Assembly (NCBI RefSeq): GCF_028641065.1
Contig: NC_073382.1
Location: forward strand, 27,032,001 to 27,096,000
DNA length: 64,000 bases
Direction of reading: 5' to 3'
Source of the DNA: Leucoraja erinacea
Taxonomy: Eukaryota
A program made the position numbers and the translations under genes. Position 1 is the first letter of the stretch. The number at the start of each line of letters is the position of its first letter. This document shows, in pieces, positions 1 through 8,341 of the stretch. A model generated the notes under the pieces. The model was not told where the DNA came from. It saw only the letters and a list, made by a program, of their open reading frames with translations, and ran no database searches.

Positions 1-59
1 ATATGGATAAGAAATCAATAATTGAGATTGGTGTGTAAGCGGAGAGTAGGATCGAGGGT

Positions 60-163
60 GGGGGGGGGGGGTCATGGAAATGCGGGGAGAAAATAGGATC
101 AGTATAAATGGGTCCATGCGGACTCAGTTTGCCGAAGGATCTGTTTCCATGCTATATGACTCT
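60..163 (+). repeat. 3' tail of HE1-type SINE / HER1-type CR1 LINE (degenerate)
   Basis: gccgaaggatctgtttccatgctatatgactct resembles the gggccgaagggcctgtttccgtgctgtat tail of the full SINE copies in this window. Confidence 0.5.
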
Positions 164-224
164 GTGGGTCAGGGAGAATTTTGTCTAGTCAGGTTCTATC
201 CTAAAATCTGTTTCCAATCTGGTC

Positions 225-552
225 CTTTCCCTACCTCCAGTTCTCTCCCCTTTACTTTCAATCTGAAAAAGGGTTCTGATCCAAAATGTCACCTGTCCAT
301 TCCTTCTACCTCTTCTGCCACTACTGGAGGCAAGTCGTGGATATTTTTAAGGCAGAGATAGATAGATTCTTGATTAGAACAGGTGTCAGTTATAGGGAGA
401 AGGCAGGAGAATGGGGTTAGGAGGGAGAGATAGATCAGCCATGATTGAATGGCAGAGAGGTTTTGATGGGCCATATGGCCTAATTCTATTCCTATCCCTT
501 ATGACCTTATGACCTACTGATGCTGCCTGGTCCATTGAGTTGTTTCAGCACT
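225..552 (+). mobile_element. Penelope-like element 3' repeat fragment, interrupted by a CR1 3' end
   Basis: ctgaaaaagggttctgatccaaaatgtcacc (263-293) and gatgctgcctggtccattgagttgtttcagca (519-550) are the two halves of the repeat seen intact at 25574-25702. Confidence 0.55.
326..515 (+). mobile_element. CR1 LINE 3' end
   Basis: ggatatttttaaggcagagatagatagattcttgattag...gatcagccatgattgaatggc...tandem (ttatgacc) tail; similar to CR1 3' ends at 51400-51571 and 62440-62624. Confidence 0.75.
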
Positions 553-959
553 GGTCTGATCAAGCTAGTTTTGTGGATTTCCATCTTCTATTTAACTAAG
601 GATAGCTTGATTAACTTTCCCATGACTCCGGGGAACTGTTTAATGATCAACTTTCCCATATTCCAGGGAACTGTTTGGCCACATCAGCTTTGGGGACAGA
701 ACATTTTCTTCTCTGGTTTTGGAGAGAACGACGCACAAAGTGAAGGTTGCAACAGAAATGCTTCAGCATGGGGAAAATGACATTGAATTTGTGCTGCAGG
801 TTTCATGCAAATATTGTGGAGAAAATGTGCAACTTGTCAACTCCATGAATCATGTTCAGACTGGGAGACAGTGAGCATGGGCATTTGCTGGAGAGTTGGT
901 TGAAGGGAATAGGTGGTGGGATTGATGGAATTGGTCTGAAAATTAGAAGGCACACAAGA

Positions 960-1179
960 ACACAAGAAAATAGGAGCAGGAAAATGCCACCCCAAGCCTG
1001 CCCTGTCATTTAATGTGATCATGGTGAATGTACAGTACACCAGGCCTCATCCTCTCCTCTGTGCAGCATCCCCATAACCCTCATTCTTTCAAAAATATGA
1101 CCACATACACTTTAAATATTTCTAATGTGCTAACCTCTGCAACTCTTTGGATCAAATAATTCTATAGATTCACCACCTG
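960..1179 (-). mobile_element. Old CR1 3' fragment (target of the 1180-2041 insertion)
   Basis: aagaaaataggagcagga...atttaatgtgatcatgg...attctatagattcaccacc is the reverse complement of the CR1 3' region and continues as cctgtgagaag after 2041. Confidence 0.55.
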
Positions 1180-2041
1180 GTAGGCGGCGCGACTCTCGTC
1201 AGCAGCGGCCTCTGCAGCCCGTCCGCGTTTTTATTATTTTTTGTCTATGTTTCTATGTAGTTTTTGTTATTTTTTGTTGGGGTGTGTGTGTGGGGGAGTG
1301 GGGGTGGGGTAGGAGGGAGGGGGGAACTTTTAAATCTCTCCCTGCACGGGAGACCCGACCTTTTCTGTCGGGTCTCCGTTGTCGTTGGGGCTGCAACGAG
1401 GAGCGGCCTCCAACAGGAGAAGACCGGGGACTCTGGTGCCGACTCACCTCACCGTCGCGGAGCTGGCCGAGTCCAGAGCGGGTGGAGTGGTGGTGGAGCG
1501 CTGCTGCTGCTGCGGCCCGACCTCCAGAGATTTGGAGGCTGCAACTGCGGGTCTGGCGGACGGCGGCACCGGGAGCCCGCGGGTCACTGGAGGAAGACCG
1601 CTTTTCAGGGCTCCCGCAACGCGACTTCTTCCGCCCGAGTTGCGGGGTTGAAGAGCTCCTGGAGCGGGGCCTGACATCACCGCCCCGCGCGGCTTGGAAT
1701 GGCCGCGGGACTCTGCGAGCGCACGCCGGGGGCTCTAACACCACGACCCGGTGTGCGACCTCGCACCACCTGGCGTGGCTTTAATGGCCGCGGGACAATC
1801 GCCATCGCCAGCCGGGGGCTTTGACTTTGACTCTGACATCGGGGGGGGGAGAGAGTGCAGTGGAGAGATACGTTTTTTTGGTCTTCCATCACAGCGATGT
1901 GATGGATGTTTATGTAAATTATGTTGTGTCTTGGGTCTATTGTGTTTGTAATGTATGGCTGCAGAAACGGCATTTCGTTTGGACCTCAAGGGGTCCAAAT
2001 GACAAATAAATTGAATCTTGAATCTTGAATCTTGAATCTTG
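1180..2041 (+). mobile_element. GC-rich non-autonomous retroposon with Rex1/Babar-type 3' tail
   Basis: 5-bp TSD ACCTG (1175-1179, 2042-2046); 3' stem-loop tttggacc/ggtccaaa (1978-1999) followed by gacaaataaa and (TTGAATC)n; CpG-rich interior; related copy at 15165-15978. Confidence 0.75.
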
Positions 2042-2679
2042 ACCTGTGAGAAGTTTGCAGGAGAGATGAAATAGGCAATGGTCCACATATAAGAAAAAAG
2101 CCATATTTTATTACATCACTGCATTTTGTCTAAAACCGATCACCATGTAATTCCAGTTCTCCTTGACACCCTTCTCAAAATTCAGTTGGGGTACACACAT
2201 TAGTAAATGATACTCCAATGACCAGAGAATGGCGGACATGTGTTAATGATATCCATCCCTACAAAACACACAATTGATGCAATTTTTGAGAGATCTGATG
2301 TCTCTGCTAATGGTAACTCAATTAGATGTGGTGTTAAGGAAAATTATGCTTCTCAAAGCAAATGGCCAAACAATAGCAATATATACTGCAATTTTAGTTT
2401 AAATAAAAGAAGCAGAATCTAACAAAATCTGATAGATACCACAATGGTTGTCAGAATGAATATAACTCTCTCCAAATCAATGCCAGCAACTCAGCAAGCA
2501 TTTCAGTCTTTCTGTGGTTCTCCTACTGAAAGTTTCTTCATCCTTCTAAAGCGGACCAAAAACAATTCAGTTTAGGAAAGCCTTGCAAGGAAGCAGGATC
2601 AATGAACAATGTTAATGTTAACTTGCTGACCTCTTTGTGCATTTCAACCTGATGACCCTGCTGTCATTGCTGTCCCAGC

Positions 2680-2800
2680 TTGCCTTTAACAATCCGCTGG
2701 AATATGAATTTCAAAATGGAAATAGAAAATAAAGTATTTCACTCTACCCAGATACATGTGACAATAAAGTATAATGGAATCATTGAATCATTGAATCAGA
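2680..2800 (+). repeat. Rex1/Babar-type 3' tail fragment
   Basis: atttcactctacccagatacatgtgacaataaa followed by (aatcattg)n; same tail architecture as the Rex1 fragment ending near 32270. Confidence 0.5.
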
Positions 2801-3414
2801 ATATCCCCAGTAAAGATAAGTGAGATGAAAGTGTCCACAATGAAATACAGAGGTACCCACCTCTCCACATGTAAGAAGTTCCCTAATCTAAAATGGACAT
2901 TGAAGCAAAAAGGACATGATTCCATTTAGCTAGTCAACTGGAACCACATTGGAAACACACATAAATCCCTGGTCAAACAGCAGAAGACAAAATCTAAGTT
3001 GCAGACGCTGACTAACAATAAAGAATGACCTTTACTTATGGCCACTAAGTCTCAGTGATGCGGGCCGATGACTGCCATTCAAACCTAGTAATTTGATAAG
3101 ACATATTGTTGCATGGTGGCAATGCACATAAATTACACCCAGTGCTGTAACAAGCAGAAACTAGACAAGTAGACTTCTATCCCCAATATGCATTACAGCC
3201 AGCTATTTTCAGAACATTGTACAAAAGTGGTGAAAGACATTTTGTCACGCTGTGCCACCGTTGATAGGGGGGTTACGCCATTACTAGAATGCTGAAAGGT
3301 TGAAGAATGTATATGCATGCCAATAGCTGGAAGCACCCCTGGAAAACATTTCTGTAATTCCTGCCAACACAGTGGAGGAGGTGGATAACACTGATTCTGG
3401 GTTGAATTAGAAAA

Positions 3415-3575
3415 CACAGCAGATGATGGAAATCTGAAACAAAAATAGAAAATAATGTGTTTACTCAGGAGATTGGGCAAGATTTCAGGAGAGAGGAACA
3501 GAGTTAATGTTTCAGTTCAGTGACTATCAGAATCAATACTAGTTGCTCTCCAGACAGTTGCAGCCTATCTATTGA
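3415..3575. repeat. Degenerate Penelope-derived inverted pair
   Basis: cagcagatgatggaaatctgaaacaaaaatagaaa...gagagaggaacagagttaatgtttcag (antisense copy) followed by gttgctctccagacagttgcagcctatct (sense copy). Confidence 0.4.
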
Positions 3576-3750
3576 AAGCGCTCCTATTCTAGATGTTCTT
3601 AGTTGTTACATAAACAGTCCAGAGGCTCTGTAATAGCTGAAAACAAAAGGATTTTCCGCACGGGTCTGAATCATGCACTTGTGACAATAAAATGCCAAAT
3701 TACCCTCTGTAGGAATAGGAAAAGTAACTTACTTCTCTGATAGAATGTCA

Positions 3751-4046
3751 TGGTGGCACAGTGGTAAATTTGCGCCAGAGACCTGGGTTCACTCCTGACT
3801 ACGTGTGCTGTTTGAATGGAGTTTGTACGTTCTCCCTGTGCCCGTGTCGGTTTCCCCCGGGTGCTCCGGTTTCCTCCAACACTGCAATGATGTGCGGATT
3901 TGTAGGTTAATTGGCTTTGGTAAAGATTGTAAATTGTCCCTAGTGTGTAGGATACAGCTAGTGTATGGGGATCGCTGGTCGGCGTGGACTCGGTGTGCTG
4001 AAGGACCCGTTTCCATGTTGTGTCTCTAACCTAAACTAAACTAAAA
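3751..4046 (+). mobile_element. tRNA-derived V-SINE (HE1-like)
   Basis: A/B-box-like head tggtggcacagtggt...ctgggttcactcctg, V-core ggagtttgtacgttctccc...ccggtttcctcc, CR1-type tail and (ctaaa)n. Confidence 0.85.
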
Positions 4047-4279
4047 ATAAACTACTCCCCTCTATGCATTTGCTTTTCCAGGAGGGTATCAAAGGTGAAG
4101 CCTGGTACTCCCCTGAGAACCATAACGTTTTCATTCTGATCAACATCATAAGGCACTATGGTCATAATTGATGTACATGGGAAGGCAAAAAAACTGGATA
4201 GAGCATGAGGGATTGAGAATTTTCAGAGCAGAGTTCCCAAAAATGAACACAAGGAAGACATTGAAATTAAATTTGATAT

Positions 4280-4400
4280 ATAGGTACAAAGGTGTTTGAG
4301 GGCTATGGGCCAAATGCAGGCAAGTGGGATATCAAATTTGTCTGAATAACAGGATGGACCAATGGACCTGTTTCCATGCTGTATTGCTCTGTGGCTCTAT
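4280..4400 (+). repeat. HER1-type CR1 3' end
   Basis: gagggctatgggccaaatgcaggcaagtggga...ggacctgtttccatgctgtattgctct. Confidence 0.6.
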
Positions 4401-5183
4401 ACACTCCAATGAAGCAGCAGTCCTTCCCACCTACACTGTGATTAAAGCACAGACAAATGCCATGCAGGATCCTGGAGTTGTGTGATATGATAGAGGCAGG
4501 ATGAGCAGCACAGTGAAAGTATTTATAGATAAGTTCAGGGATTTAAAATTTAATGAGAGAGTGTCAGTCAGTGAAGACGAAGATGGATGCAATGTAGAAT
4601 AAAATAGTTTATTAACAGATTTTTCTTCACATCGGAGACTTGGACTCTACCCTTATTCAGCTTGTCTCGTATAGAAAGACAAACAAAATCTGAGAAGTAT
4701 TCAATAGAGGTACCACTGACCACACCTGGCTGGAAAGAAGTCTGAACTTATTAAAACCTGCAGCCCAGTGGAGAGAGAAAGATTTGTTTGACTTCAAGAA
4801 TGCAAAAGGAAACAAAAAAGAACAGCGATGGTGATATTGCCATACTTAACCACCAAAATAGGAAGAAATATGGAAACAAATTAGAATAAATAATAGGTAG
4901 CAGACCTGAAATAATCTGCTTTAGTCTCGATGTTTATTACCTCTTGGCTGATGTGCAAACTTTGGTCCTTTATGCTCAAAACCTATTGATGATGCTCACA
5001 ATTCTTTGGAAACCACTAACAGATTCATTGGTGCAGAAGCCTTTTCTGCTATTACCACTTTCACTTTAAGCCTCACCAATAAAGCATCATGACCAGAGTG
5101 TAGTGCTTTCCACCTTGGCTTGGTGTTACTTGAAAGTAAATAGTTGCAAAGAAATTCAAAGCAATCCCTACAATCAATAAGAT

Positions 5184-5426
5184 TGTAGCGGCACCTAGTG
5201 GTTGCTTGGGGCATTACGAACCCTCTCTATTGGCTGACGCCATCACGTGACCGCGGGTGTGTTTTTCGCGGGTTTTTGGTTCAACAGTTAGTCAAGCCCC
5301 ACCCAGGTAGAAGGAGCTTGGTTTTATTTGCCTTACCCGGAATGCAGTTGAGTTACTCGCTTTGTTTGCTGTTTTCAAATAAAGAATTTTATTTCAATCA
5401 AGTGACTCGTCTCTTGTCTCGCCAAA
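5184..5426 (+). mobile_element. Solo LTR (probably Gypsy-type)
   Basis: Starts TGTAGCG and ends CGCCAAA (imperfect terminal inverted repeat); flanked by AGAT direct repeat (5180-5183, 5427-5430); AATAAA near 5378; CpG-rich, 243 bp. Confidence 0.7.
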
Positions 5427-5519
5427 AGATAGACAAAAGCCATGGCAAACATGGGCAAAAACCAACAGATTTCCAAGCCTGTCTTCCTGATGAGAATTGC
5501 AACTCTCTGCAGCATTCAC

Positions 5520-5742
5520 ACTTCTCATTCAGAAAGGTGCCAGTTCAAGTCTCATTTCCAAAGTCCAAGCACAAAACTCTAGGCTGACTCCTCACTGCAG
5601 TACTGAAAGAGCGCAGCATCATTGGAAATGTATCTTATGGATCAGACATTAAAATATGGTCCCATGAATATGATCAATGGACATACATGAGTGATATCCC
5701 ATAATGTTATTTCATTGAAAACCAGATGAAAATATTCCTAGT
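5520..5742 (+). mobile_element. Deu-domain SINE remnant (SacSINE1/AmnSINE1-like), 5' and core part
   Basis: ctaggctgactcctcactgcagtactgaaagagcgcagcatcattggaaatg...ggatcagacattaaa matches the Deu core motif ctaggctgacac..cagtgcagtactgagggagtgctgca as recalled. Confidence 0.65.
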
Positions 5743-6320
5743 AACACCACATGAGAAATAATCATAGTTCCTTCACTGTCACTAGGTCTAAGTTATGAAA
5801 CTCACTATGTAACAGCACCATAGGAGTATCATTACCAAAATAATGGGCCACAATATATTCATTTTTCCACCAACCTTTCCACCAAGTTCGGCATCTACTA
5901 AGCATGTTAACCATCCATCAAGGGGTCAAGACGAATTTTCTTTACCAATGAGTCTTGAATTATATGTCCTTTGGTTTTTCTAGCAGAGGCACATGGATTC
6001 AATGAATAAAGTGAAATGTGTCGAATGGCATGTTTTGATAATCAAGACATAAATATACAATGTTCTAATATCTATAGTCTCTTCAGTGTTTGACTGAAAT
6101 ACTGGGATGGAGCTATCAACAGAACATCCTTCATTGAAGGCAGTAATTCGTAACTAACAACAGTATATGTTACAACAATGGAAAGAAAGTCATATCACCT
6201 GGTACTCTGTTCTTTTACACTTTTATATACTACATGCATAGCAGTGCTCTGGTTGTACAGCAAGTGAATTTTACTTCAATCAGATTGTTTAATTTAACAG
6301 CAAACAGAAATAAAAGATGA

Positions 6321-6452
6321 TTAAGAAGGAACTGCAGATGCTTGAAAATCGAAGGTAGACAAAAATGTTGGAGAAACTCAACGGGTGAGGCAGCATCTAT
6401 GGAGCGAAGGAAATAGGCAATGTTTCGGGTCGAAACGTTGCCTATTTCCTTC
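6321..6452 (-). mobile_element. Penelope 3' repeat with fold-back at the hammerhead-like core
   Basis: Antisense of the 25574-25702 repeat; 22-bp arms 6406-6427 and 6431-6452 (21/22 complementary). Confidence 0.75.
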
Positions 6453-6456
6453 ACAC

Positions 6457-6540
6457 TTTCAAGGTTTCAAGGTTTCAAGGTCTCAAGGTCAGTTTATTGT
6501 CACATATACCAATTAAGGTACAGTGAAATTTGAGTTACCA
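6457..6540 (-). repeat. Rex1/Babar-type 3' tail
   Basis: (tttcaagg)n then tttattgtcacatatacc...gtacagtgaaatt = reverse complement of stem-loop/tgacaataaa/tandem tail. Confidence 0.6.
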
Positions 6541-6734
6541 TAACATTTTACCACATATCTTGCACTGTATAAACCATTGTTATGTGAATATTAATACCAT
6601 GACTAGTGCCTATTTGTAACATGGTTCAACTCAACCCTACTCAACACATCTGCTGCCAAAACTCTCATCCCTGTCTTTGTTTCGCCTTGAGATTTGACTG
6701 TCCAGATCAATTCCTGCATGGGCTCCCTTGAATT

Positions 6735-7215
6735 ACCCTTATGCACGTTCTCCCTATCTCAATGCAGTTTTCTCCCGTGTGCCCTGATTGCAACCCTGCA
6801 TCTTAAAGATGTGTAGGTTGGACATTTAACCGACTCTAATGTGTAGGTGAGTGATTGAATCTGTTGATGAAAATGTGGAGAGAATAGAAAAGTTGAATTA
6901 ATGCGGGAGAAATGTAAATAGAAGGTTGATGTTTTCTCAGTCTACCTCATCGTGACCCTTGTACCTCTTACTATTTGCACTTTATCTCTAACTGTAACAC
7001 AATATTATGCACTCAGTTTCTTTCTCTTTTGTACTACCCATTGAATCCATGTATGGTTTGAGTACACACAGTACATTTGCCTGGATAGCATGTAAAACAA
7101 AGTTTATTCATTATATTTCAGTACACGTGACAATAATAAAACAATACCAATGATGGTCATCACAAATCAGTGGGCTAAAGAACTTGTTAATGTGCTATGC
7201 AACTCTCTGACTCTA
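6735..7215 (+). repeat. Degenerate V-SINE with a Rex1-type tail fragment (~6935-7150) inserted
   Basis: gcacgttctcccta...aaagatgtgtaggttgg core; gtacacgtgacaataataaa tail; SINE tail resumes at gatggtcatcacaaatcagtgggctaaagaacttgtt. Confidence 0.5.
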
Positions 7216-7848
7216 AAAGGTTGCACAGTATAATTGGTCAAAATGTATTCAGATCAGTAACATTTTACCACATATCTTGCATGAGAAAAAACAGCAACAT
7301 AAAATCCTGGTCATCAGAGTTTTATTCCTGTTAAATCCTATACAAACAGCTTAGAATTGCACACTTTGACACAATGAGACTTAAATGACTCAAAAGCATA
7401 CATGCTAATTTATCAATGATGGAGCAAACTTTAGGCCCCTTTTCTTAGATCAGAGGTTAATGTGTGCTTTGCAGACTAAAATGTTTTAATTCCAGTTTGG
7501 TATACTTTGGAGGTGCTTTTAGCATGAGGTGATAGATAATACGTAATAGATGGAAAAAGCCAATTCAATCTAAGAGGTTCCATTGATAATTGGATGGAAC
7601 ATTGTATCCACAATGTTATCAGGAAGGAATGGCAATGGTACTGCGCAATGGACTGGAGAACTTTAATGAGAGCTGGCGATATTTAGAACTGTTGATGTCA
7701 CGCAAGACTGCTGATTCCTACAACGAAGCACTGAGAATTTTATCATGACCACAGTTTCATTGGCTGTTAGGGCTTGCCCCTTTGACACCAACCACAGATT
7801 TGCTAGGTATGACTGCTCTGCTTAGGAGGTATTAACTCAATAACCCAA

Positions 7849-8341
7849 TTAGTAGTTAAGGCAAATGATGGCTCTGGGCTCATTAGGTCTCATATGAAAC
7901 GGTGAGCCCTTTATCGAATGCCTTCCTGGTGATACTGTTGCATCTAAAAGTGCAATTATGCAAACACTTTTGCATCAGTGTGAAGTGGTTTAAGGTGCAC
8001 ATTGTTGAAAAAGTCTCCAATCAGGTCCAGCCTGATTAGGCTTCATTCGACTCCAGAATGTGGTAAAAAAAAAATTAGATCTGAGCCAGATGGTCTAACA
8101 GGGCAAAAGATAGCACAGAATATTTTTACATTATATGATAAATAACTTGTCAAAATGAACAGTGCTCTGTAAATGCTTGTGTAGATTTCTTTCCTGGAAA
8201 GTTCAGTATGATTAGCAGCCTACTGTAAGTATAATTGCACCTTTAAATACAAGAGTATCACAAAGAGGGCAGTTTCTAAATTGCTTTTGGTTTCATATGA
8301 GGCCTAATGAGCCCAGAGCCATCTCCTCTTTTAACTCCTAA
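7849..8341. repeat. Long-range inverted repeat (34-bp core arms, ~390-bp spacer)
   Basis: 7867-7900 gatggctctgggctcattaggtctcatatgaaac and 8290-8323 gtttcatatgaggcctaatgagcccagagccatc are 33/34 complementary. Confidence 0.85.

Noticed and set aside
1321-1420. Possible HDV-like ribozyme at the conserved hairpin region (also 15230-15330)
   Set aside because: Could not thread the P1-P2-P3-P1.1-P4 nested pseudoknot order by eye.
1253-2088. Cluster of overlapping 60-166 aa ORFs on both strands (also 15170-15774)
   Set aside because: Open frames are expected in GC-rich sequence; no domain motifs, and the two related elements share no common peptide.
3751-3810. tRNA-like heads of SINEs as tRNA genes
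   Set aside because: Only A/B-box-like remnants followed by V-core and LINE tail; no complete cloverleaf.
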